DNA of 64,000 nt, taken from the NCBI GenBank assembly GCA_036946625.1, contig JAQIIU010000003.1:133961-197960 (forward strand), given 5' to 3'. Both the position numbers and the translations under genes were made by a program. Positions 35,930 through 49,535 of the stretch are shown one piece after another (positions within the stretch are counted from its first letter, which is position 1; each line of letters opens with the position of its first letter). A model generated the notes under the pieces. That model worked only from the letters and a program-made list of their open reading frames with translations, searched no databases and had not been told where the DNA came from. The DNA comes from Methylorubrum populi. Lineage in GTDB: Bacteria; Pseudomonadota; Alphaproteobacteria; Rhizobiales; Beijerinckiaceae.

Positions 35930-38758
35930 TCACTGTCCCAACCGCTCCAGCAGGGCCGGCACGTGGACCTGATCGGCCTTGTAGTTTCCGGTCAGCGTGT
36001 AGATCACGATGTTGATGCCGCCGCGGAACGCCATCTCGCGCTGCCGCTGGTCACCGCTCACGGGATAGAGCGGCTCGCCGTTGCGGCCCACCGCCCAGGC
36101 GGCGGCGAGATCGTTGCCGGTGATGATGATCGGCGTGACGCCGTCGCCCGCGCGCGCCGGGCGGCGCTCGCCGCCCTCGCCGGCCGGGGGAAGCGTCTCG
36201 ACCCAGGTCTGGCCGGTGGCGGTGCGACCGGGGAAGGAATCGACGAGGTAGAAGGCCTTGGTCAGCACGTGGTCCGGCGGCACCGGCTCCAGTTCCGGCA
36301 CTTCGAGGGTGCCGAGCATCTTGCGCAGGTAGGCCGTCTCCGGGGTCGGCGGCCCGCCGGCGCGGGCGGTCTGGGCGTCGCGGGTGTCGAAGATCACGGT
36401 GCCGCCGTTCCTCATGAAGGCGTCGATCCTGCGGATCGCGGCCTCGCTCGGCTGCGGGCGCCCGGCCACGATCGGCCAGTAGATCAGCGGGTAGAAGGCG
36501 AGTTCGTCCTTCTCCGGGTTCAGGCCCGCCGGCTCGCCGGGTTCCAGGGCGGTGCGGGCGGCGAGCATCTGGCTCAGGCCCGACAGGCCGGCCCGGCTCG
36601 CCGCGTCGGTCGCGGCGTCGCCCGTGACGACGAAGGCCAGCCGCGTGGCCAGCGCCGATTCGATGCCGTTCGGCCGGTTGGCGGGCGGTTCCTGCGCCCG
36701 CGCCGGGGGCGAGGCGAACGCGAGGCCGAGCAGCGCCGGCAGGAGAAGGGCGGCGGGCGCCGCTCGCCCGCGCGAGACGCGGCCGGCATTGCGAAAGAAG
36801 CCGCCGAGCCAGAGGCCGGCCAGGGTGTCGAGGGCGAGCAGCGCGAGGGCGAGGCTGAACAGGAGCGCGCGCAGGTCCCATGTCTGGGCACCGGCGAGCG
36901 CGCCCATCCGGGCGCCGGCGAGACCGGTGAGGTCGAGGGGTTCGAGCCGGTCGCCGGGCGCCAGGGCGTTGACGGCGATGCCGCCCTCCGCCGTGCCGTA
37001 GAAGCCCGGCGGGTGCTCGGGCCCGGCGCGGTCGGCGAAGTCGGCCGGGACGGCGGTGGCGCCGGCCGGCGGCGAGCCGAGCGCGCCGAAGCCGTCGAGG
37101 GTCAGGCGCGGCGCCAGCAGGGCCGCCTTGGCTTGCCGCCCCTCGCCCTGGGGCAGCTTGGCGGAGGGGCCGGCCAGCCCGACCACCCGGCGCAGCATGT
37201 CCACGAACAGGCCCGACAGCGGCAGGTTCGACCACGTGGTGTCGGCGGTGACGTGGAACAGCACCACGAGCCCCTGCCCCCGCTTCCCGGCGGTGACGAT
37301 CGGCGTGCCGTCCTGAAGCGCCGCCCAGGTCTTGCCCGGCAGGTCGCCGTCGGGCTCGGCCAGGATCTGGCGGCGCACGCCGATATCGGCGGGCGGGTTC
37401 AGGCCGGCGAAGGGGCTCTCGGGGGCGAAGGCGGCCAGCGTCTTCGGCCGGTCCCAGGACAGGGTGCCGCCCAGCGAGCGCCCGCCCCGGCGCAGGCGCA
37501 CGGGCACGAGCGGGTCGTTGCCGGCGGCGAGCCGCGGCCCGGCGAAGCGCAGCAGCAGCCCGCCCTCGTCCACGAACGTCTCCACCCGCGCCAGGGTGCG
37601 GTCGTCGAGCGCGCCGACATCGGCGAGCGCCAGCACCGAGACCTGGTTGTCGAGCATCTGGCCGATCGATTCCGCCGTGCCCTGGCCGCCGCGGGGCTGC
37701 TGCACGTCGGCGAAGGGGGTCAGCGCCTTGGCGAGGTAGTAGGTCGGCGCGAGCAGGGGCTGGGCCTGATCGAGCGTGCCGCCGAAGACGAGGCCGACCC
37801 GGCGGCGCTTGCCGCGCTCGTCCATCAGCACCACGGCGCCGGCCGCGTGCTCGCCCTCGATCTCGAGCCGGGCGATGGCGTTGCGCAGTTCCACCGGCAG
37901 GTCGAAGGTCACGGCCGTCTCCAGCGCCTCCGGCTGGAACGTGAAGCGGCTCTCGGCGAGCGGCAGGCCCTTCTGGTCGAGGGCCCGCACCAGCCCGGCA
38001 TCGCGGCCGTTCGCCTGCGCCCGCAGAACCTGCGCCGACAGCTTTTCGCCCGGCTGCACCGGTGAGCCTTCGAGCGCGAGCGCGGGAGAGCGCTCCGCCT
38101 TCAGCACGGTCACGGCGCTGCCGTGGCGGATCGCCAGTTCGCCGAGCGTCTTAGCGAAATCCGCCTCGCCGACGCCGCGCACGCCGTCGCTGATCCAGAC
38201 GAGGGAGGCGCCCGGCATCCGCTCGAGGAAGGTGCCGATCGCGGCCAGATGCGCGCCCCGGTCGGCCAGATGCGGGCGCGGCTGGATCGCCCGCAGGCGT
38301 TCAAGCGCAGCGGCCGGGGGCCGTGCCTCGAACGGGGCCGGCGCCTCGGCGCTGGCGACCAGGGCCACCGGGCGCCCGTCGCGGGCGGCGGCCTCGATCT
38401 CGCCGGTGGCCGCACGCAGGCGGTCGCGCCAGTCGTGGGCGGCGACGAAGCCGTTGTCGAGGACGAGGAGCAGCGGAGTGCGCCCCGCTGCGGCGCCGAT
38501 GCCGCCGGGATTCCACACCGGCCCCGCCACCGCGAGGATCAGGCAGGCGGCGGTGAGGATGCGCAGGATCAGGAGCCAGGGCGGGGTGCGGGCCGGGGTC
38601 TCGCGCTTCGGCAGCAGGTCGGCGACCAGCGCCAGCGGCGGAAAGGCGATGCGGCGCGGGCGCGGCGGCGTGACCCGCAGCAGCACCCACAGGGCCGGCA
38701 GCGCGGCGAGCGCGGCGAGCGCGAGGGGAGCGGCGAAGGTGAGCGGGACTCCGAACAA
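35930..38758 (-). CDS. DUF4159-domain protein with N-terminal double-transmembrane (BatA-N/TIGR02226-like) domain
   Basis: The N-terminus MFGVPLTFAAPLALAALAALPALWVLLRVTPPRPRR...FPPL is typical of TIGR02226. The C-terminal end ...GGINIVIYTLTGNYKADQVH fits DUF4159. Confidence 0.75.
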   Translation of the reverse strand: MFGVPLTFAAPLALAALAALPALWVLLRVTPPRPRRIAFPPLALVADLLPKRETPARTPPWLLILRILTAACLILAVAGPVWNPGGIGAAAGRTPLLLVLDNGFVAAHDWRDRLRAATGEIEAAARDGRPVALVASAEAPAPFEARPPAAALERLRAIQPRPHLADRGAHLAAIGTFLERMPGASLVWISDGVRGVGEADFAKTLGELAIRHGSAVTVLKAERSPALALEGSPVQPGEKLSAQVLRAQANGRDAGLVRALDQKGLPLAESRFTFQPEALETAVTFDLPVELRNAIARLEIEGEHAAGAVVLMDERGKRRRVGLVFGGTLDQAQPLLAPTYYLAKALTPFADVQQPRGGQGTAESIGQMLDNQVSVLALADVGALDDRTLARVETFVDEGGLLLRFAGPRLAAGNDPLVPVRLRRGGRSLGGTLSWDRPKTLAAFAPESPFAGLNPPADIGVRRQILAEPDGDLPGKTWAALQDGTPIVTAGKRGQGLVVLFHVTADTTWSNLPLSGLFVDMLRRVVGLAGPSAKLPQGEGRQAKAALLAPRLTLDGFGALGSPPAGATAVPADFADRAGPEHPPGFYGTAEGGIAVNALAPGDRLEPLDLTGLAGARMGALAGAQTWDLRALLFSLALALLALDTLAGLWLGGFFRNAGRVSRGRAAPAALLLPALLGLAFASPPARAQEPPANRPNGIESALATRLAFVVTGDAATDAASRAGLSGLSQMLAARTALEPGEPAGLNPEKDELAFYPLIYWPIVAGRPQPSEAAIRRIDAFMRNGGTVIFDTRDAQTARAGGPPTPETAYLRKMLGTLEVPELEPVPPDHVLTKAFYLVDSFPGRTATGQTWVETLPPAGEGGERRPARAGDGVTPIIITGNDLAAAWAVGRNGEPLYPVSGDQRQREMAFRGGINIVIYTLTGNYKADQVHVPALLERLGQ

Positions 38759-38771
38759 TGCGGTTCGCCTT

Positions 38772-39686
38772 TCAGCCGAGCCCGCGCGCGGCGGCGACGA
38801 GGGTGAGCACGCGCAGGGCCGCCTCGCTCGCCGGCCGGTCGGTGCGGTGGATCGTCAGCGTCCAGCCCCGCTGCCGGGCGATCGCCGCGAGGCCGTCGCG
38901 GTGGGCGGCGATGCGCCGGCGATAGGCCTCGCCCCAGGCGCTCGCCTCGCCGATATCGAGACTCGGGCCGCCTTCCGGATCGTGCAGCACGGCCTGTCCC
39001 GTGAAGGGGAAGGTCTCCTCGACCGGATCGGCCACCAGCACGAGATGGCCGCGGTTGCCTTGGACGGACGCGCCCTGCACCGTCTCCCGCACCCGGTCCA
39101 GCGGCGTGAGGAAATCGCTGATCAGCACCACCTCGTCGAAGCGGCCGGGCCGTGCGGCCGGCGGCAGATCCCGGGTCAGCCCGGCCCGGTCGTCGACGAG
39201 CGCCTGGGCCAGCGTCTCGACGATGCCGCGCGAGGCGCTGGCGCGGGTGAGGCCGAGCAGGCCGACGCGCTCGCCGCCCTCCACGAAGGTGTCGGCGAGC
39301 GCGAGCCCGAGCACCAGCGCCCGCTCGACCTTGGAGGTCTGGGCCAGCTCCGAGGCGAAGCCCATGGAGGCGGAACGGTCGATCCAGATCCAGATGTTGT
39401 GGGCGGCCTCCCACTCGCGCTCGCGCACGTAGAGCCGGTCGTCGCGGGCCGAGCGGCGCCAGTCGATGCGCGCGGCCGCCTCGCCGGTGACGAAGGGGCG
39501 GAACTGCCAGAAGCTCTCGCCCGGCCCCGCCCGGCGGCGACCGTGCAGGCCGTGCGCCAGGGTGCCGGAGACGCGCCGCGATTCGAGCACGAGGCGCGGC
39601 ATCACCTCGGCGAGCGCCAGCGCGCCGCCGGTCTCCGCGCCGCCGGGGCGGCGGCTCTCGGCCTCGACGAGCCGGGTGGAGGCCAT
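38772..39686 (-). CDS. DUF58 protein (vWA-like, MoxR partner)
   Basis: FRPFVTGEAAARIDWRRSARDDRLYVRE...IWIDRSASM is the DUF58 signature. The ATG at 39686 was verified. Confidence 0.8.
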   Translation of the reverse strand: MASTRLVEAESRRPGGAETGGALALAEVMPRLVLESRRVSGTLAHGLHGRRRAGPGESFWQFRPFVTGEAAARIDWRRSARDDRLYVREREWEAAHNIWIWIDRSASMGFASELAQTSKVERALVLGLALADTFVEGGERVGLLGLTRASASRGIVETLAQALVDDRAGLTRDLPPAARPGRFDEVVLISDFLTPLDRVRETVQGASVQGNRGHLVLVADPVEETFPFTGQAVLHDPEGGPSLDIGEASAWGEAYRRRIAAHRDGLAAIARQRGWTLTIHRTDRPASEAALRVLTLVAAARGLG

Positions 39687-39697
39687 GCGCGCCGAAC

Positions 39698-40708
<1,011 letters not shown>

Positions 40709-40942
40709 GAAGTGGAACCCTGCGATGACCGGGCTCGGCGGCCCGGGAAAGTGCTTGAGTCTGGCGCCGAACGCGGGCCGAACGCAAGCGCGGCGCGACC
40801 GCGCGGCCGATCGGCACCGGTTCGGCATCACCTTGCCGGAGCGATGCCCTATATGGCGGGCTGGCGGCACAGGGCAGGATGGCCGCGACATCGTGCATCG
40901 CGGGGCGGCCCCTCCGCCCTGCGGCTCGGGAGGCGAGACCGG

Positions 40943-41377
40943 ATGACGGACGAGGAGAGTGCGGCGTTCCCCGACGGCTGGGAAGCCTTCACCGATCCGG
41001 GCTTCATCGCCCATGTCGGGCCGGTCTATCACCGCACGGTCGACGGCCGGAAGGCGTTCGCCTTCTGCACGGAGGAGAAACACGGCAACCTCGTCGGCAT
41101 CGTCCACGGCGGCATGCTGCTGACCTTCGCCGACCGGGCGCTCGGCATCACCGTGCGCGACGCCTGCGACGAGGCCGACGCCGTGACCGTCGAGATGTCG
41201 AGCCAGTTCGTCGGCGCGGCCCGGATCGGCGACCTGGTCGAGACCGTGCCGGAGATCGTGCGCAAGACCTCGTCCCTGGTCTTCGTGCGCGGCACCCTCA
41301 TCAGCGGCGGACGCCCGCTCGCGGCGGTGACGGGGATCTGGAAGGTTCTGCGGGACAAGCCGGGCGACAAACCATGA
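40943..41377 (+). CDS. PaaI-family (hotdog fold) thioesterase
   Basis: NLVGIVHGGMLLTFADRALG is the typical PaaI motif. Confidence 0.75.
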   Translation: MTDEESAAFPDGWEAFTDPGFIAHVGPVYHRTVDGRKAFAFCTEEKHGNLVGIVHGGMLLTFADRALGITVRDACDEADAVTVEMSSQFVGAARIGDLVETVPEIVRKTSSLVFVRGTLISGGRPLAAVTGIWKVLRDKPGDKP

Positions 41378-41946
41378 CCTCCGACGATCCCGCCCTCGCC
41401 CGCCTCGGCGCCGCCCTCGGCGCGATCGGCAAACGCGGCCTGCCGCCGGTGGAGAACTGGAACCCGCAGCATTGCGGCGACATCGACATCCGCATCGCCG
41501 CCGACGGCACGTGGTTCCACAACGGCTCGCCGATCCGGCGGCCGAAGCTCGTCGCGCTCTTCGCCTCGATCCTGCGCAAGGAGCCCGACGGCTCGACCGT
41601 GCTCGTCACCCCCGCCGAGAAGGTGCGCATCACCGTCGACGACGCGCCCTTCGCCGCCGTCGAGATGGCGGTGGAGGGCGAGGGCGAGGCGCGCCGCATC
41701 GCCTTCCGCACCACCGTGGACGACCTCGTGCCGGCCGATGCCGGGCATCCCTTGCGCTTCGAGGACGGGGCGGAGGGCCTCAAGCCCTATCTCCACGTGC
41801 GCCGCGACCTCTGGGCCCTGGTGAGCCGCCCGCTCACCTACGACCTCGTCGGGATGGGCGAGGAGCGGGAGATCGACGGGCAAAGGTGGTTCGGGCTCTG
41901 GGCCGGCGGCCGGTTCCACCGCATCGCCCCGGCGGAGGCCGCGTGA
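41374..41946 (+). CDS. DUF1285-family protein
   Basis: WNPQHCGDIDIRIAADGTWFHNGSPIRRPKLVALFASIL is the family signature as I recall it. ATGA overlap with the upstream gene. Confidence 0.7.
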   Translation: MTSDDPALARLGAALGAIGKRGLPPVENWNPQHCGDIDIRIAADGTWFHNGSPIRRPKLVALFASILRKEPDGSTVLVTPAEKVRITVDDAPFAAVEMAVEGEGEARRIAFRTTVDDLVPADAGHPLRFEDGAEGLKPYLHVRRDLWALVSRPLTYDLVGMGEEREIDGQRWFGLWAGGRFHRIAPAEAA

Positions 41947-42608
41947 GGCTGCCCGAGGCGGGCGTCGCCGCCGGAGCCTTCGACCTCGACGCCTTCCTCG
42001 CCCGGGCGGAAAGCCGCCTGGGCCACGTGCCGCCGGGGCCCGGCGTGCCGCTCGCCAATCCGCGCGGCGACCACGACCTCGACCCGGAGGGCTTCGCCGT
42101 CGCCCCGGCCACGCCGCACCGCCACGCCGCGGTGCTGGTGCCGGCGATCGGGCGGCGGGAGGGCGTCACGCTCCTGTTCACGCGGCGGGCGGCGCACCTG
42201 CGCGACCATTCGGGACAGGTGGCCTTTCCCGGCGGCAAGGTCGATCCCGAGGACACATCGCCGATCGACACGGCCCTGCGCGAGGCGCGGGAGGAGATCG
42301 GGCTGGAGAGCGGCACGGTGCGCCCGCTCGGCTATCTCGACCCCTATCTCTCGGCCACCGGCTTCCTCGTGGTGCCGGTGCTCGGCCTCGTGGCGCGCGA
42401 GGCCGCGGTGACACCGAACCCGGCGGAGGTGGCCGCCTGCTTCGAGGTGCCGCTGGCCTTCCTGATGGACCCGGCGCGGCATCGCGTCCGCTCGGGAGAA
42501 TGGCGGGGCCGGACGCGCCATTACTATGCCATCCCCTTCGCGGAACACCTGATCTGGGGCGTCACGGCGGGGATCGTGCACAACCTCTACCAACGCCTCT
42601 ACGTCTGA
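41943..42608 (+). CDS. CoA pyrophosphatase (NUDIX hydrolase, NudL-like)
   Basis: Nudix box GGKVDPEDTSPIDTALREAREEIGL. The GTG start at 41943 overlaps the upstream stop. Confidence 0.8.
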   Translation: MRLPEAGVAAGAFDLDAFLARAESRLGHVPPGPGVPLANPRGDHDLDPEGFAVAPATPHRHAAVLVPAIGRREGVTLLFTRRAAHLRDHSGQVAFPGGKVDPEDTSPIDTALREAREEIGLESGTVRPLGYLDPYLSATGFLVVPVLGLVAREAAVTPNPAEVAACFEVPLAFLMDPARHRVRSGEWRGRTRHYYAIPFAEHLIWGVTAGIVHNLYQRLYV

Positions 42609-42646
42609 CGGGCGACCCGCGGCCCCGCGCGAGACATGTGCCACCG

Positions 42647-42904
42647 ATGCTCCGCCTCGTCCTGCAGGAAATCCTCCTGTTCTCCCTGCCCTTCCTGGCC
42701 TTCGCGGGCTGGCTGCTGTTCGCCCGCCGCTCGCCCCTCGACCATGCGCACTGGAAGCCGCAATGGACGCGGCTGGTGCTGGCCGGGCTGTTCATCGTCG
42801 TCGCCTCCCTGGTCTTGACCGGCCTGACGGCGCAGCGCACCCGGGACGGCTACGTGCCGCCGCGCTACGAGAACGGGCGGCTGGTGCCGGGCCATTTCGA
42901 ATGA
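42647..42904 (+). CDS. Small two-TM membrane protein (DUF6111-like), function unknown
   Basis: 85 aa with two hydrophobic helices. Conserved position upstream of cca. Confidence 0.5.
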   Translation: MLRLVLQEILLFSLPFLAFAGWLLFARRSPLDHAHWKPQWTRLVLAGLFIVVASLVLTGLTAQRTRDGYVPPRYENGRLVPGHFE

Positions 42905-42914
42905 TCCACTTCGA

Positions 42915-44192
42915 ATGATCCACGACGCGCTTCCCGCTCCCCTCGACGCGGACGGCCCGGCCCGGCTGCTGGCGCGCGACGGCGTACGGGCCTGCCTCGC
43001 GGCGCTCGACGCGCCGGGAGAGGAAACGCGCCTCGTCGGCGGCTGCGTGCGCGACGCGCTGCTCGGAACGATCGTCAGCGACATCGACCTCGCCACGACG
43101 CTGCCGCCCGAAGCGGTGATGGACCGTGCCCGCGCCGCCGGGATCAAGGCGGAGCCGACGGGGATCGAGCACGGCACGGTCACCCTCGTCGTGGCGGGCG
43201 AGCCGCACGAGGTGACGACCCTGCGCGAGGATGTCGAGACCGACGGGCGCCACGCGGTGGTGCGCTTCGGCCGCGACTTTTCTCGCGATGCCGAGCGGCG
43301 CGACTTCACCGTCAACGCGCTCTCCCTCGATGGAAGCGGGGGCCTGCACGACACGACCGGAGGCGTGGCCGACCTCGCCGCCGGCCGGGTGCGCTTCATC
43401 GGCGACGCCGCCACCCGCCTGCGCGAGGACGCCCTGCGGCTGCTGCGCTTCTTCCGCTTCCACGCCCGCTACGGACGCGGCGCACCGGACCCGGACGGTC
43501 TCGCGGCCTCGATCGCGGCCCGCGACAGCCTCGACCGGCTCTCGCGGGAACGGGTGCGCGCGGAGTTCCTGAAGCTGCTGCTCGCCCCCCGCGCGGTCGA
43601 TGCGGTGGCCGCCTTGAGCGAGACCGGCCTGCTCCTGCGCATCCTCGGCGGCGTCGGCGAACTCGGCCGGTTCGCCCGCTGCGCCGCCGCGGAGCCGCCT
43701 CTCGACGCCACCGACCGGTTCGCGGCGCTGGCCGTGCGGACGGGCGAGGATGCCGACCGGTTTCAGGCGAGCCTGCGCCTGTCGCGGGCCGAGCATGCGC
43801 GCCTCACGGGCTACGCCGCGGCCCTCGCCCCCCTGCACGACCAGCCCATGATCGACGCGGAGGCCGTGCCGGCCCTCGTCGCGACCCACGGCGCCGAGCC
43901 GCTGCACGCGGTGCTGACCGTCCTCGACGGCGAGCCGCGCCCTTGGGTGACGCCGGACGCCCGTGCCGTTCTCGACCGGATGGCCGCCGCCGGCGCGCGG
44001 CCCATCCTGCCCATCACGGGCGCCGACCTCGTCGCGCGGGGCGTGCCGCCGGGCCGCGCGGTCGGAGCGGGGTTGAGGGCGGCCCGGGAACTCTGGCTCA
44101 CCAGCGGTTGCCCCGACGACGCGGCGGCCCGGGAACGGCTGATCGCGCGGGCGCTGGAGGTGGCGGCAGGGCAAAGCGGCACTTCCGGGTAG
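42915..44192 (+). CDS. cca: CCA tRNA nucleotidyltransferase (poly(A) polymerase head-domain family)
   Basis: VGGCVRDALLG...DIDLAT...GIEHGTVT...RDFTVNAL motifs. Confidence 0.85.
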   Translation: MIHDALPAPLDADGPARLLARDGVRACLAALDAPGEETRLVGGCVRDALLGTIVSDIDLATTLPPEAVMDRARAAGIKAEPTGIEHGTVTLVVAGEPHEVTTLREDVETDGRHAVVRFGRDFSRDAERRDFTVNALSLDGSGGLHDTTGGVADLAAGRVRFIGDAATRLREDALRLLRFFRFHARYGRGAPDPDGLAASIAARDSLDRLSRERVRAEFLKLLLAPRAVDAVAALSETGLLLRILGGVGELGRFARCAAAEPPLDATDRFAALAVRTGEDADRFQASLRLSRAEHARLTGYAAALAPLHDQPMIDAEAVPALVATHGAEPLHAVLTVLDGEPRPWVTPDARAVLDRMAAAGARPILPITGADLVARGVPPGRAVGAGLRAARELWLTSGCPDDAAARERLIARALEVAAGQSGTSG

Positions 44193-44201
44193 CGCCATGC
44201 C

Positions 44202-44380
44202 CCTGGATGGCTTCGGCTCCGCCTCGCAAGGACGGCAAGGGGCGGAAAAGGGGCCCCGCCCCGTCATTGCGAGCCGTCAGGCGAAGCAATCCAGGAGCGC
44301 GACGGCGCCGGACGAGTCGCGACGCTGGATCGCTTCGCCGACGCTCGCGATGGCGGGGGAAGCCGAAGCGGGCATCCGGT
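44202..44380. repeat. Cluster of arms of the palindromic repeat family (right arm, left arm, right arm, partial arm)
   Basis: CCTGGATGGCTTCGGCTCCGCCTCGCAAGGACGG (44202-44235). CGTCATTGCGAGCCGTCAGGCGAAGCAATCCAGG (44262-44295). GCTGGATCGCTTCGCCGACGCTCGCGATGGCGG (44324-44356). GAAGCCGAAGCGGGCATCCGG follows. Confidence 0.75.
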
Positions 44381-44398
44381 ATCAGGGTGGCCTCTCGT

Positions 44399-44809
44399 CT
44401 ACCGCGCCTTGTCGTAGCGGAAGGCGTGCGGCACCCGCGGCATGCCGATCGCCTCGTAATAGCCCTCGACGCCGGGCGCGGCGGTGAGCAGCAGGCTGGT
44501 CTCGGGGCCGGCCGCGGCCCGCGTCTCGGCGATGAGCCGCCGGCCGATGCCGAGACCCTGGCAGTCGCGGGCCACCGCGAGGTCGGAGAGATAGGCGCAG
44601 AAGGCGAAGTCGGTCAGCGTGCGCGCCACGCCGACGAGGCGCCCTTCGAGCCGGGCCGTGACGATCAGGTCGGAGGCCGCCAGCATCCGGCCGAGCCGTT
44701 CGAGGCGTTCCGCCGGTCGCCGCAGCGCGAGGCCGGACGCGACGAGGACATCGCGAAAGGATTCCGCGTCGAGATCCGGCTCCAAGGCGTAGACGATCGT
44801 GCCGCTCAT
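44399..44809 (-). CDS. GNAT-family N-acetyltransferase
   Basis: VGVARTLTDFAFCAYLSDLAVARDCQGLGIGRRLI is the acetyl-CoA binding motif. The ATG at 44809 was verified. Confidence 0.75.
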   Translation of the reverse strand: MSGTIVYALEPDLDAESFRDVLVASGLALRRPAERLERLGRMLAASDLIVTARLEGRLVGVARTLTDFAFCAYLSDLAVARDCQGLGIGRRLIAETRAAAGPETSLLLTAAPGVEGYYEAIGMPRVPHAFRYDKAR

Positions 44810-44816
44810 GGCCGTC

Positions 44817-47729
<2,913 letters not shown>

Positions 47730-48113
47730 CGTGAACCTGCGGTCGTGAGGTCGTCGCGGGCGGCATTTTCGGGGCGCCGCCGGCCTGCATGGGGCGGGCT
47801 TATAGAGGTAAATGTCCGCAGGCGCATCCGGTAGTGCCGGGGCGGACGCATACCGGGGCGCACGGGAAGGCGCACGGGAATCCGTCGCAATCCGTCGCGC
47901 GGGCACGTGGGATGCGGGATCGCCGCCGACGGGGAGCGCGCCGCGCCGACGACCTGTTGATGCCGGTCACGCTTGCCTTTGCCGGAGCGGCGGGCCACCT
48001 GTGACGCGCTTTCGTCGCGGCACCCGCCGCATCCGACGAGCCCCGCGCGGGACACGACCCGGACGTCAGAAGACCGGCCGGCGGGGACGACGCCCAAGGA
48101 AACGACGCTTCCG

Positions 48114-49028
48114 ATGCCGATTCCGTTCTCCCTCCGGCGCGCGAGCGCCCTCGCGCTGATCCTCGCCGCGCCGAGCCTCGCCCTGGCCCAGGCGCCCGCC
48201 GGCCAGAAGGCACCGAGCGCCCCCGCCCCCGTCTCGGCGGCGGTTCCGCCGGAGGCGGTGGTGGCCCGGGTCAACGGCCAGCCGATCACCGCCGCCGACC
48301 TCGCGCTGGCCGGCGAAGACCCGGCCCTGTCGCTGCCCGGCGTCGACGAGGGGGCCAAGCAGAACCTGCTCGTCGATTACATGGTCGACCTCAAGGTCGG
48401 CGCGCAGGCGGCCGAAGCGGCCAAGGTCGGCGACGGCCCCGACTTCAAGCGCAAGCTCGCCTATTTCCGCGACAAGCTCCTGCTCGACGACTACCTGGAG
48501 CGCGAGGCCAGGAAGGCGGTGACGCCCGAGGCCGCCAAGGCGCTCTACGACCAGACCGTCAAGTCGATGAAGCCCGAGGAGGAGGTGCATGCCCGCCACA
48601 TCCTCGTCGAGAGCGAGGACGAGGCGAAGAAGATCGCAGCCCGCATCAAGGGCGGCGAGGATTTCGCCAAGATCGCGGCCGAGCTCTCGAAGGACCCGGG
48701 CTCGAAGACGGAAGGGGGCGATCTCGGCTGGTTCACCCAGGAACGGATGGTGAAGCCCTTCGCCGACGCCGCCTTCAAGCTCGCCCCCGGTCAGGTCTCC
48801 GATCCGGTCAAGACCCAGTTCGGCTGGCACGTCCTGCGCGTCGAGGAGAAGCGGACCAAGCCCGTGCCGACCTTCGACGAGATGAAGGAGCAGATCGACC
48901 AGTACCTCACCCGCAAGGCGCAGCAGGACACCATCGTCAAGCTGCGCGAGGCGGCGAAGGTCGAGCGCGCCGGCAGCAGCACCACGCCCGCGGCGGGCGG
49001 GTCCAAGGACGAGACCAGGAAGCCGTAG
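48114..49028 (+). CDS. Periplasmic parvulin-type peptidyl-prolyl isomerase (SurA/PpiC-like)
   Basis: Signal peptide (ALILAAPSLALAQA) and a parvulin domain (HARHILV...GGDLGWF...FGWHVLRVEE). Confidence 0.85.
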   Translation: MPIPFSLRRASALALILAAPSLALAQAPAGQKAPSAPAPVSAAVPPEAVVARVNGQPITAADLALAGEDPALSLPGVDEGAKQNLLVDYMVDLKVGAQAAEAAKVGDGPDFKRKLAYFRDKLLLDDYLEREARKAVTPEAAKALYDQTVKSMKPEEEVHARHILVESEDEAKKIAARIKGGEDFAKIAAELSKDPGSKTEGGDLGWFTQERMVKPFADAAFKLAPGQVSDPVKTQFGWHVLRVEEKRTKPVPTFDEMKEQIDQYLTRKAQQDTIVKLREAAKVERAGSSTTPAAGGSKDETRKP

Positions 49029-49114
49029 GCGCGGCTCCGGCGGGAGGCCGGTGCCGCCATGCGCCGGGCGAATATCCGAGCTTCGGTATCTGGCATGCCA
49101 TATTTCTGGGTGCA

Positions 49115-49366
49115 ATGCGATATACGCTTTATCGCAACGCACCAACGGACCCGACCCCGATGATCGCCCTCGCCGTTCTCGCCGCCGCCGTCGCCAACGT
49201 CACCTTGGTCGTTCTGCTGGCCGACCGCTTCGGCAACGAGGGCGGCGTGCATGCCTCCGCCGGCGAACTGACCAGCCTCGCCGCCACCGGTCGGCCGGCC
49301 GCGCCGAAAGCCGGCTTCACCCTGGCCAACGAGAACGCCCTCGCCGCCGCCAAGGCCGCCGCTTGA
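49115..49366 (+). CDS. Hypothetical small protein with one hydrophobic segment
   Basis: ORF only, with no motif recognised. It sits in a locally lower-GC stretch. Confidence 0.25.
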   Translation: MRYTLYRNAPTDPTPMIALAVLAAAVANVTLVVLLADRFGNEGGVHASAGELTSLAATGRPAAPKAGFTLANENALAAAKAAA

Positions 49367-49535
49367 CAGCACGGCCGATGGGTTCGACCCGTCGGCTGCG
49401 GTCAACCGATCCGAGCCTCGACCGCAACCCGGTCGGGGGCGGCTTCTTTTGGAATCCGGGTCTCTGTTTTCGCCTCGTCTTTTTCCGAAAGCGGCAACCC
49501 CCTCTCGGGCCGGTGCTCCGGCAGCCCAGGTGCAC

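Noticed and set aside
34802-38065. 1087-aa plus-strand ORF, and 34108..36015 and 37776..40121, overlapping the MoxR-module genes.
   Set aside because: They are antisense to four colinear, motif-bearing genes, have Ser/Arg/Pro-rich composition, and show no RBS or start context.
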